Of a stretch of DNA of 64,000 nt, positions 50,202 to 58,655 are shown piece by piece (within the stretch, counting starts at the first letter, position 1; each line of letters opens with the position of its first letter). Under the pieces are notes generated by a model. That model worked only from the letters and a program-made list of their open reading frames with translations. It searched no databases and was not told the DNA's origin. Origin of the DNA: a virus; the IMG/VR virus record IMGVR_UViG_3300033149_003588, positions 1 to 64,000 of that record; one strand, given 5' to 3'. The translations under genes were made by a program, and so were the position numbers.

Positions 50202-50827
50202 TCCTCCATCTTTCTATATGATTTTTTAAACTTGCGTTTTCTTATCCATTTTTTATAGGCTGCTTTAGCTTTATTTATATACCCGTGCGGTACTACATCA
50301 TCCTTATATGTGCCAGAATTATAACCATCAAATATATCATCTATACTTTTAGGATTATACTTAAGCACCCTGTTATTCAAAAACTTAATCACATAAATAA
50401 TGGCAATCTCATCATTATCTAGTTCCTCTGGTGTGCCACGAAATCCTAATTCCCAGGCAACAACAAATAATATTTGCCATGATGAATAGCTTTTTGCAGC
50501 GGCTCTTCCGAACCTCTTCACTAAATCTCGAACTTGTTTAGATTTCTTATAATAATACCCACCTTTATAATATGATTTTTCAAAAAGTGGCTTTGTATTT
50601 TTACCATAATTGCTTTCGACGCATGCTATAGCCTTCAATAATATCTCTGGATCAACATTGATTCTTTTCAAATTTCTTAGATGTGGGGCATATTCCTCAA
50701 TTAGCAACCCCAGTCTATTCTGCCTGGTTGTTGCTGCTACCCACCGTCGCATTTTTATAGTTTCAAGCATTTTATTTAAATTCCAGTGCAATATAATATA
50801 TCTCCATGTTTCGACAATAACATTCAA
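50198..50827 (-). CDS. Lysozyme-like / lytic transglycosylase (probable endolysin); true start probably downstream
   Basis: AIACVES catalytic Glu, SYSSWQI and YNSG motifs. Confidence 0.75.
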   Translation of the reverse strand: MNVIVETWRYIILHWNLNKMLETIKMRRWVAATTRQNRLGLLIEEYAPHLRNLKRINVDPEILLKAIACVESNYGKNTKPLFEKSYYKGGYYYKKSKQVRDLVKRFGRAAAKSYSSWQILFVVAWELGFRGTPEELDNDEIAIIYVIKFLNNRVLKYNPKSIDDIFDGYNSGTYKDDVVPHGYINKAKAAYKKWIRKRKFKKSYRKMEE

Positions 50828-50883
50828 ATTATTTTATATCGTAGAATTCTTAAATATGCCCCACATGTAATCATCTGATTATA

Positions 50884-51318
50884 CTATTTATTTTTCTTCT
50901 TGAATGTTTTAGCGCCCTTCTTTAACGTCCCAAACAAATCACTAACTGAGCCCCATGCCTTTAATACATCTTTAACTGCCTCAACTGCTTCTTGATACTC
51001 TTTAATAATGGCTACCCGTTCTTCTTTGGTTATTTTCTTATCTTCAAGTGCTCCTATGGCTGATACCCCAACCTCTTGAGCTGCAATAATAGCTTCACCA
51101 ACCTCCTTCATCAGTACACAAACACCAAGAATAATAGTTTTAACCTTGACAAATATTACTGCAACAGCGCTAATACCTAGAACAATGGCAATAATCCAAT
51201 TTATCAGTGACCATTGATCTATTCCTGGTATTAGATCTTCTATACCATCGGCCATGATGGTAGTCGTCGATACTGTCAATAATAACAATATCATATAAAT
51301 TAGTGTACTCCATTTCAT
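50884..51318 (-). CDS. Membrane protein, holin/spanin candidate
   Basis: Signal/TM segment plus a second TM and a basic tail; adjacent to the lysin. Confidence 0.55.
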   Translation of the reverse strand: MKWSTLIYMILLLLTVSTTTIMADGIEDLIPGIDQWSLINWIIAIVLGISAVAVIFVKVKTIILGVCVLMKEVGEAIIAAQEVGVSAIGALEDKKITKEERVAIIKEYQEAVEAVKDVLKAWGSVSDLFGTLKKGAKTFKKKNK

Positions 51319-51332
51319 ATTATCCTTCCTTT

Positions 51333-51962
51333 CTATGGTGTCGATCTCAACATCTCATCAGAATACGACACATTAAATATTGGCACACCATTTTGGATAG
51401 AATTATAAGAAATATCCTTTATTCCAGTAATCCCGCCCAATGCTGTCAAAATAGTAGGTAATTTAGTTATCAATATAAGATCATTTTTATAGTCAATAGT
51501 CTCCGAAATTAATATCTTGGGTACTTCCATTTCAACAATGCCGCCTACATCTACAAATGATAATACGCCAATATTCTTGTCAAATCTAGACAATGGCATG
51601 GGATCATGAACATTATCTAAAAATGTAGCATCACTACCAATCTCATTTAATGTAAAACTCCTTATATAACTAATATCAATACTATCATTGCTCTCAACAA
51701 CCAGACTATAATCATATGTCAAATCCTGTATAAGGGTAGTCGCGCTATCTTCTACTATATTAATGGCTTTATCAACAGATAATGCAACCAATTCATCTCT
51801 AATTGATTCAATATCAAATATTGTCAGATATCGCATATACCACACAGTTACAACTATATTACACGCAACTTGTCTTACAATATTGCCATCTATCGTATGT
51901 GTCTCGCTATAGTGGGGCTTTATATACTCAAATTTGTAATATGTTTTACAAGGATTGGCCAT
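51333..51962 (-). CDS. Hypothetical protein
   Basis: 209-aa ORF in the operon. Confidence 0.65.
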   Translation of the reverse strand: MANPCKTYYKFEYIKPHYSETHTIDGNIVRQVACNIVVTVWYMRYLTIFDIESIRDELVALSVDKAINIVEDSATTLIQDLTYDYSLVVESNDSIDISYIRSFTLNEIGSDATFLDNVHDPMPLSRFDKNIGVLSFVDVGGIVEMEVPKILISETIDYKNDLILITKLPTILTALGGITGIKDISYNSIQNGVPIFNVSYSDEMLRSTP

Positions 51963-51985
51963 TATAATTATGACAACAAAATAAT

Positions 51986-53176
51986 TTACATACTCACCCT
52001 ATAATCACCATCAGGATATATCCAGCATGCTATTAACCCCTTTGCAGGTGGCGCATAACCAAGTTCGCTACCATAACTGTCGAAATAATTTAAAAAAGAA
52101 CTACAAATGACAATGTATTGTTTTTTAATATCCAACGTAAAATCTATGGGATTTCTCACTATTCTATTCTTCTTTTTGTCTGTCGCATCATGCACATGAC
52201 CACTTAAAAAGAAACAACAATGCTCTGTAAACATTAACGGAGATAATGCCGCATTAAGTTTGCCCCCTTCAGATCTAGCACTAGAACGACCATGCCAAGC
52301 ATAAAATGTAAATGTGTGCTCCCCATATATTACATCTATAAATGCTGGTTCTCTGTAATAAGGAATTTCTAGTTTGCTAGCTATTACCTCACCCATATCT
52401 ATGCCAACACTATTTGCCGAACGTCTTTCGTGATTGCCTCTTACATATGCCAATATTTTATGTTGTATTGGTGCTAATTTAGATATCATCTGGGCAGCTT
52501 GCGCCTGTGGTGACATGGATTGTCTATATACTGAATCTGCAACACTATACTTAGAACTGTTTTCTATCATGTCCCCCAACAATATTACATACACACCATC
52601 CGTATCGGCAATCCATTTTATACTCGTATCAAATAGCTCTTCATCAAAACTCGGTTCAGCATAGTGGACATCACCAAGTGGTATGATTTTTACTTTATCA
52701 AGTTCAAGATCTGAAGATGGTAATTGTACTCTTAAGTATGGGCAATTATCATTTTCATTAATAAATAATTTAAACTTCCTTGGTATAAAATCTAAATGCT
52801 TATTAAATTCCTTGAGTAGTGCAACTACTTTCCCGGTTGATCTAGTATTAAATTTAAATACTTCATATCCAAGTACACTCCCCAATATCTTATCTACTTC
52901 TTCTTCATTAATCCCATATTTATTATATAGCGCACGATATGATAATGCCCTTAATTTTGCCCAGCCAATAAGCGTAGCATGATCTAATTCCTTGACACTT
53001 TTTCTGCTAGCTAGCATGCCTCTTATTGGAGTAAGCCCCATCGCCATAGCCTTATTATATACAGCGCTAGCTGTTCTTAGGGGTAACATATCTGCAATAT
53101 TATTCAAAGACAAAATACCCCAATTATCTCTTATTACATTTTCTTCATCTACTGTCCAACGTATATTACCAGCCAT
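51986..53176 (-). CDS. Calcineurin-like metallophosphoesterase with an N-terminal Myb/HTH-like domain
   Basis: GDVH, GDMIE, GNHE, WHG and GHVH motifs; N-terminal WTVDEE...LRTASAV. Confidence 0.88.
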   Translation of the reverse strand: MAGNIRWTVDEENVIRDNWGILSLNNIADMLPLRTASAVYNKAMAMGLTPIRGMLASRKSVKELDHATLIGWAKLRALSYRALYNKYGINEEEVDKILGSVLGYEVFKFNTRSTGKVVALLKEFNKHLDFIPRKFKLFINENDNCPYLRVQLPSSDLELDKVKIIPLGDVHYAEPSFDEELFDTSIKWIADTDGVYVILLGDMIENSSKYSVADSVYRQSMSPQAQAAQMISKLAPIQHKILAYVRGNHERRSANSVGIDMGEVIASKLEIPYYREPAFIDVIYGEHTFTFYAWHGRSSARSEGGKLNAALSPLMFTEHCCFFLSGHVHDATDKKKNRIVRNPIDFTLDIKKQYIVICSSFLNYFDSYGSELGYAPPAKGLIACWIYPDGDYRVSM

Positions 53177-53487
53177 TATCCACCTCTTTTAAAAAAATTG
53201 AGCAAATTGGCCAATCTACTTTTACCAATTTTGGTAAAATTAGCAGAATGTTTACCACGCGCGGACTTGACAATAGATTTAAGTCTTTTCCTCATGAATT
53301 CCCTAGAATCGAAGATAGTAACATTAGGATGCCTGTACTCATTTTTTAGAAAGCGACCTTGTTGTAGTAAACCGCCCATCCTGCCCGCGATATTTGACCG
53401 CTTTAAAAAATCAAGCCCACTGTCTCTTTCCTGCGTTATCGGAACAGCACAATGGGCACCAGAAATATTTACAATGGGCACTAACAT
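53176..53487 (-). CDS. IPI..IQE-leader small basic protein (extended leader)
   Basis: N-terminus MLVPIVNISGAHCAVPITQE. Confidence 0.75.
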   Translation of the reverse strand: MLVPIVNISGAHCAVPITQERDSGLDFLKRSNIAGRMGGLLQQGRFLKNEYRHPNVTIFDSREFMRKRLKSIVKSARGKHSANFTKIGKSRLANLLNFFKRGG

Positions 53488-53504
53488 ATATTATTTACCC
53501 ACCA

Positions 53505-53843
53505 TTACCCAGACAATATGCCAATCATACTAACTACAATACTTATAGAAATATATAAAACCCCAAGCACTATATGAGTTCTCTTTAATACAAATCCTGT
53601 TTGCTCTCTCATGGCTTTCATAATATTGAGTTCTAATTTGTTGTTTTCTATTTGATCTCTTATTATTCTAAACTCGTCATCAATATTCTTCTGTTGACTA
53701 TTCATAAATTCTTTAACTTCATCAATACTCTTTACCACTGCTCCTATTTCTTTCCACATCTTGGTAATAATAATAGCAAGACGGCCCTCAATAAGCTTGC
53801 CATCATCATCATAGAGATTACTAAGATTATTATTATCTGCCAT
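53505..53843 (-). CDS. Coiled-coil protein with a C-terminal TM helix (holin-like)
   Basis: Heptad region followed by a hydrophobic C-terminus. Confidence 0.55.
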   Translation of the reverse strand: MADNNNLSNLYDDDGKLIEGRLAIIITKMWKEIGAVVKSIDEVKEFMNSQQKNIDDEFRIIRDQIENNKLELNIMKAMREQTGFVLKRTHIVLGVLYISISIVVSMIGILSG

Positions 53844-53852
53844 TATCGCTCA

Positions 53853-54140
53853 CTAATATTTAAATTTTTTATATGTGTCACTCGATTCCATAATCATCAT
53901 TGAAATAGAATGTTTTAGTTGTCTTATCGCATCAAGAAAAGCTTGCGGTTCAACCATGGCTTCAAGATTATAAAATCTTACAATATCTTCACGATTAACA
54001 TTTTCAAAAATAAATTCTGCCTTATTATTATTTAAAAGAGCCTTCTTAACACCTACATATTTGGCCCCGTTCAATAAATATAAATAGGCCGCCAAACAAA
54101 TATCGCTAGTCGTACCACTATGCTTATCATAATGAGGCAT
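53853..54140 (-). CDS. DUF5659-like phage protein
   Basis: TSDICLAAYL...KAEFIFE...FLDAIRQLK; the ATG at 54140 avoids overlap with the upstream gene. Confidence 0.65.
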   Translation of the reverse strand: MPHYDKHSGTTSDICLAAYLYLLNGAKYVGVKKALLNNNKAEFIFENVNREDIVRFYNLEAMVEPQAFLDAIRQLKHSISMMIMESSDTYKKFKY

Positions 54141-54150
54141 TATTGTGCCC

Positions 54151-54435
54151 CTATTCTTTCTTGAATGGCCCCAATCCCAGTCTCTTCTGAATGGCTTCTG
54201 CCTTTTTATATACATCAGGACGATTATGTTGACGAGCTCTCGTTTTAGCAGCGCTCAACATTCTACTAGATATATTCCCAGCCTTATCACGATAAGGATA
54301 TTTTCTATCAGATGGTGATAAAAACGAACTAGCAGGCATTTCTCGTCTCACAGCTGGACGATGAAGCCATTTCTTCCCTGATAACCTGGCTCTCGTAATT
54401 TTTTGCTCTTGTATATTCACAATAGGTATTAACAT
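54151..54435 (-). CDS. IPI..IQE-leader small basic protein
   Basis: N-terminus MLIPIVNIQE; core RxxMPxSxFLxPxxRKYP. Confidence 0.8.
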   Translation of the reverse strand: MLIPIVNIQEQKITRARLSGKKWLHRPAVRREMPASSFLSPSDRKYPYRDKAGNISSRMLSAAKTRARQHNRPDVYKKAEAIQKRLGLGPFKKE

Positions 54436-54488
54436 TAGAAAATCACCTCACTTATACAACCATAAAATTAATTTACTTTTCTTTTTCG

Positions 54489-54803
54489 TTATCTATATGG
54501 ATACACATATGGATATGGACGCATTTGTCTAGACAATTGAGGCTGACTACTCTGTTTCTTTATAGATCTTTTAGTAGCAATCTTCCCTCCTATCTTATAA
54601 CCAGTATACCCAGCCAGCGGCACAGTACTAACAGCAGCACCACCCATGACTTTCGCTAAAACAGGATGTTTTCTCACAAATGTGGTAATCTTAGGCCCTC
54701 CCATACGTGCAATAAGCTCACCCATGCCACGCATAGCATGTAATGCTCTACTCCTAAAAGAACCTATAGGAACTTCTTGAATATGTACAATGGGTATAAT
54801 CAC
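54489..54803 (-). CDS. IPI..IQE-leader small basic protein
   Basis: N-terminus MIIPIVHIQE. Confidence 0.8.
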   Translation of the reverse strand: MIIPIVHIQEVPIGSFRSRALHAMRGMGELIARMGGPKITTFVRKHPVLAKVMGGAAVSTVPLAGYTGYKIGGKIATKRSIKKQSSQPQLSRQMRPYPYVYPYR

Positions 54804-54812
54804 TATATAATT

Positions 54813-55163
54813 TTATATTATTTTAAATACTTTATTTTTTCTTTGTTTTTTTCTTAATTTTTCTATATTTTTTATAGCTCCCACACTGTTTGTGGGAATA
54901 GCAGCAATATCATGTGTGTCCACTCCCCTAATCTTTACATCTATAATATGTCTCTTGGGAATGCGACCCAATAAATAACCTGCCGGACCAGCCCCAAGAA
55001 CACCAAGTCCTAATACCTTTTTATATTTACGAGTAGTTTTCCCAGAAGCACCCAATGATTTTAATATAGCATGCCCCATTTTGCCAGGAATACTGCCAAT
55101 CCTATTCATAGCTTTTATCTTATTAAATATACTTTCTCTTATGTTGATAACCGGTATAAACAT
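54813..55163 (-). CDS. IPI..IQE-leader small basic protein
   Basis: N-terminus MFIPVINIRE. Confidence 0.8.
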   Translation of the reverse strand: MFIPVINIRESIFNKIKAMNRIGSIPGKMGHAILKSLGASGKTTRKYKKVLGLGVLGAGPAGYLLGRIPKRHIIDVKIRGVDTHDIAAIPTNSVGAIKNIEKLRKKQRKNKVFKII

Positions 55164-55196
55164 ATTAATATAGTTTTCTGTATTTACTACATAAAT

Positions 55197-55424
55197 TTAT
55201 ATTATCTTAAATACTTTCCGTAGTAAATTAAGTTTAGTAGCATTAACACCAAATGGTTTGGTACTTCCCATTATAGCTCGTGATAATCTTTTACGTATAT
55301 TTAATCTCTTTGCTGCCTGAGCTAACTGCGCCATTACAAGCGGATCATGAACCCTCGGGATAGATTTAGCATAGGTGCCCCCAACCTCTTGTATAATCTT
55401 CGCATTTGCTATAGGTATCAACAC
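55197..55424 (-). CDS. IPI..IQE-leader small basic protein
   Basis: N-terminus MLIPIANAKIIQE. Confidence 0.8.
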   Translation of the reverse strand: MLIPIANAKIIQEVGGTYAKSIPRVHDPLVMAQLAQAAKRLNIRKRLSRAIMGSTKPFGVNATKLNLLRKVFKII

Positions 55425-55768
55425 TATTTCTTTTTCTTTCCTAATTTTTCTCTTATCTTGGATTCAATTTTATATTTCTCAAGCCCACGCGCGTATTTTG
55501 TTTTAAGGTATGGCTGCAAAAGAGCAGAAAGCCCACCCAACGCGCCAGCACCAAAAGTAGCACCCATAAGACCCCTGGTAATTGCCTTGCTACCTTTGGG
55601 ACCGAAAAAACCCATTAGACCTCCCACACCACCCAATACGGCACCCCTCTTAAGCCCCGTATATGCTGCAGTAGGTCTTGTACGTATATATGCTAAACGA
55701 CGTTTATATTTTTGAATTTGTTTATCAGGATCATCCGCTTCCTGTATATTTACAATTGGTATAATCAT
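55424..55768 (-). CDS. IPI..IQE-leader protein with glycine-zipper helices
   Basis: N-terminus MIIPIVNIQE; GAVLGGVGGLMG and GATFGAGALGG segments. Confidence 0.8.
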   Translation of the reverse strand: MIIPIVNIQEADDPDKQIQKYKRRLAYIRTRPTAAYTGLKRGAVLGGVGGLMGFFGPKGSKAITRGLMGATFGAGALGGLSALLQPYLKTKYARGLEKYKIESKIREKLGKKKK

Positions 55769-56295
55769 TATACGCTCTTCTTTTTCTTTTTATTTTTTCT
55801 AGACAACGCACCTAAACCATAACCAACACCATAACCACTGGCCGCATACCCCGCATAAGGTATAATAAAACCTAGCATATCATGGGGGTGTTTAGATCGC
55901 CACATCCAATTTTTAATTATTCGGGTACCCCTGCCACCATGAACCCTCGTTACATATTTTTTAATAGCGCTAGCACCACTCTCTTGTACTTTGCCCACCT
56001 TCATCGGTATTTTATGCTTACGACGTGTAGGAGACACCTTACGACGAGTCTTACGCGCTTTACCACCATGATACAAACCACTGAGACCCGCCATAGCAGC
56101 AGTATAATGCATTAGCGAACGTGAAAATCGGTCTTGATATGGATAACCCAATATCCACAAACTACGACGTGGATTAATAGATTTTGTATGTCCTATACTA
56201 AAATGCCCAAATAGATCAGGTTTCATAGCAATAGCACGTTTCCCAAATTTATAAAATCTACCAGCCTCGCTTATATGCAGAATAGGTATAACCAT
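55768..56295 (-). CDS. IPI..IQE-leader basic protein, possible two-unit polyprotein
   Basis: N-terminus MVIPILHISE; internal VQE-S. Confidence 0.8.
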   Translation of the reverse strand: MVIPILHISEAGRFYKFGKRAIAMKPDLFGHFSIGHTKSINPRRSLWILGYPYQDRFSRSLMHYTAAMAGLSGLYHGGKARKTRRKVSPTRRKHKIPMKVGKVQESGASAIKKYVTRVHGGRGTRIIKNWMWRSKHPHDMLGFIIPYAGYAASGYGVGYGLGALSRKNKKKKKSV

Positions 56296-56312
56296 TGTGT
56301 GTCTGCTCCTTA

Positions 56313-56348
56313 TTTAAAAGGGGTGCCAGATCTTACGCCTGGCACCCC
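56313..56348 (-). terminator. Rho-independent terminator after the capsid genes
   Basis: GGGGTGCCAG-loop-CTGGCACCCC followed by TTTTAAAT. Confidence 0.85.
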
Positions 56349-56418
56349 ATGTATTTCCAATTAATATAACCAACCCAGCGCAAGAAGACACAGACTACTA
56401 GTCTATATGAAAAATCAT

Positions 56419-56985
56419 CTACTTCTCGCCCTTCTTCTTCCTAATCTTCTTAAGTAGTGCAGCAGTACCAGCACCAGCACCAGCAAGACCAGTGCCCATA
56501 ATACCATAACCTACTTTTCTAGGATTCCTAAGCATAGCGTATAGGGGCTTTCTGGTTAAATTACCAACACTAAGTCCCGCCCTCTGAACACCACCATAGG
56601 CACCACGAGCACCGGCAGTAGCACCTTTGGCTATGCCCGCACCGGCTTTCTTTAGACCACCGTAAACACCAGTAGCACCTTTAGCTACACCACGAGCACC
56701 GGCGGCAACACCTTTAGCTACACCACGAGCACCAACGGTAGCACCTTTAGCTACACCACGAGCACCAACGGTAGCACCTTTAGCTACACCACGAGCACCA
56801 GCGGTAGCACCTTTAGCTATAGTTGCGCCGATTTTTCTTAAAAACGTAAGTATATTGGCACCGGCAGCTTCTTGAAGTGCTTCAACATCCAATTGACAGC
56901 CTGATAGTGATCCCTCCTGGATAACACCATCTTCATCAGCAGTGAACCACGATTCACCTATCCTAATAAGATAAACTCTAGACAT
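56419..56985 (-). CDS. Basic Gly/Ala-rich 11-aa repeat protein (putative internal head protein)
   Basis: GVAKGATVGAR repeats (33 nt); acidic N-terminus with IQE-G and LQE-A; directly after the major capsid gene. Confidence 0.75.
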   Translation of the reverse strand: MSRVYLIRIGESWFTADEDGVIQEGSLSGCQLDVEALQEAAGANILTFLRKIGATIAKGATAGARGVAKGATVGARGVAKGATVGARGVAKGVAAGARGVAKGATGVYGGLKKAGAGIAKGATAGARGAYGGVQRAGLSVGNLTRKPLYAMLRNPRKVGYGIMGTGLAGAGAGTAALLKKIRKKKGEK

Positions 56986-56994
56986 AATCTCTCC

Positions 56995-58089
56995 TTAAGA
57001 ATTATTAGATCCCTTATACCAGGGGCGATAATCAAGAATTATCTTACCCCAGATGTGACGAATTTTATAACGAATTTCATCGCGATTAAAAGCATTACCA
57101 CTAGTGCTATTCTCAACGTACATCTCCGGTTCCCTATGTCCTCTCAAGAAACCAACTTCGAGAGTATCATATTGTTTGGGATCTGCTATAAGATACCACT
57201 CATCAGAACCCAACCAATTGGAAATTCTAATTTCCAATTTACCACCGATTTGGAAAAAGTTTGGCTCGTTCGGAGTATGAGTTCTAGCAACACCATCGGT
57301 ATGATACATGTGCGTGCCAGGATCAATACCAGCAGCTGTAATGGTACCATCGGTAATCGGAACAGTTCTTGCATTGAGAACTTTTAGGACCCTAACTTCC
57401 TGTTCAGGACCAATAAGTAGATACCTCGGTGTCATACCAATAACATTCTCATTACGCAGGTCTTTCTGTGTTCTTATGGCTTTATAACCATCAGCTAGCT
57501 TAGCCTCAGTAATAACATTAACACCAGTATCTACATTACCATGATCTGACGCAAAAAGTGTCGCACCATCATAAATAGTGGGATTGCCAGTAATATAGGT
57601 TATGATGTCTTTATCAAGACTACGCTTGGCGGCCCTGCCCATCTTGATAGGTTGCTGCCTCAAAACATGTAGGTCGTCATTTATGATACATTCCCATGAG
57701 ATACCAAAAATGCGCCCGTACTTCTGAACATTATACTTAATCTCTTCTTCGGCGAGTGCACTATCTCTATATTCACCGTGCTCAATAACTGCCTCTAGAA
57801 GATCAGCTTCACTTACACGTTCCCTGTATTGATCTTTGAAATCATTAACATCATTAATTGCCGAAGCAAGATCCTGCCATGTGCTAGGGAGTTCCTTGTA
57901 TTCTTTGAGTAGTTGTTTAAACATCGTATTCCTAAGAATATAAGGAAAATCAGCAGAACTTGCAGCTTCTTGCAATAACAGATTGTAATGACCGCGTTCG
58001 ATCTCATCAAGAGCTATCTCTTGAATAGGAGTCAAATGGCCTTCATTTTCAGCCCTGAATTGCGTCGCCCATGTTTTAGGATCGTACAT
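56995..58089 (-). CDS. Major capsid protein (HK97 fold, Mu gpT-like)
   Basis: SSADFPYIL, VNDFK, KYGRIFGISWECIINDD, PRYLLIGP, WYLIAD and LEVGFL motifs. Confidence 0.92.
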   Translation of the reverse strand: MYDPKTWATQFRAENEGHLTPIQEIALDEIERGHYNLLLQEAASSADFPYILRNTMFKQLLKEYKELPSTWQDLASAINDVNDFKDQYRERVSEADLLEAVIEHGEYRDSALAEEEIKYNVQKYGRIFGISWECIINDDLHVLRQQPIKMGRAAKRSLDKDIITYITGNPTIYDGATLFASDHGNVDTGVNVITEAKLADGYKAIRTQKDLRNENVIGMTPRYLLIGPEQEVRVLKVLNARTVPITDGTITAAGIDPGTHMYHTDGVARTHTPNEPNFFQIGGKLEIRISNWLGSDEWYLIADPKQYDTLEVGFLRGHREPEMYVENSTSGNAFNRDEIRYKIRHIWGKIILDYRPWYKGSNNS

Positions 58090-58169
58090 ATCATCCTCCT
58101 ATGATTTTCTTATATTGTATTGTTTTCTAATTAATAGTGATAATACCCTATCCATATTTCTTCAAAATT

Positions 58170-58211
58170 GGCTACCCCACAAGTTTAATGGGCACCTACT
58201 ATGGGGTAACC
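58170..58211 (-). promoter_or_regulatory. Intergenic hairpin upstream of the major capsid gene
   Basis: GGTTACCCCAT...GTGGGGTAGCC stem with G-U pairs. Confidence 0.45.
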
Positions 58212-58233
58212 ATGTTAATAATGTCGAATATAC

Positions 58234-58611
58234 TTAAACCGCCCACTCCCTCAAGAGTATGATAGCTTCAGTATCAGCAGTAGTATAAGCAGCCGTAAAG
58301 CAACCTATTTCTACACCCGTAGTATTAACAACCTTGCTCTCGCCACTATCCCAATACGCAGTGCTCCAGGCTGCTACGGTACCAGTATCACTAGTAATAG
58401 AACAAGGAAGCGTCCAGCTACCACCACGGTATACTGCGCCAGTATCAGTAATATTGTATTCCTGCGAATCCGAACCCTTGGGCAGGATCTTACTCAAAGC
58501 AATACCGATTAATTCACCATCTAGCACAAGATCGCCACTATTAATAGTGTCGGTATCGCTCGGATTAGTATAATCTACAACCCTTCCATCCTTTACTTTA
58601 ATTTTGGCCAC
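58234..58611 (-). CDS. Capsid cement / decoration protein (DUF2190-like)
   Basis: INSGDLV...LIGIAL...G...LP...AYWD pattern; lies between the protease and major capsid genes. Confidence 0.75.
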   Translation of the reverse strand: MAKIKVKDGRVVDYTNPSDTDTINSGDLVLDGELIGIALSKILPKGSDSQEYNITDTGAVYRGGSWTLPCSITSDTGTVAAWSTAYWDSGESKVVNTTGVEIGCFTAAYTTADTEAIILLREWAV

Positions 58612-58655
58612 AATAACCTCCTATTATGATAGTTTCAAGTTCTTGTCACTAATAC

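Noticed and set aside
48233-56295. IQE leaders as RiPP/bacteriocin leaders or secretion signals
   Set aside because: No double-glycine site, modifying enzymes or peptidase-ABC exporter, and too short for Sec signals. The location and matching Glu sites in head proteins favour prohead processing. Not formally excluded.
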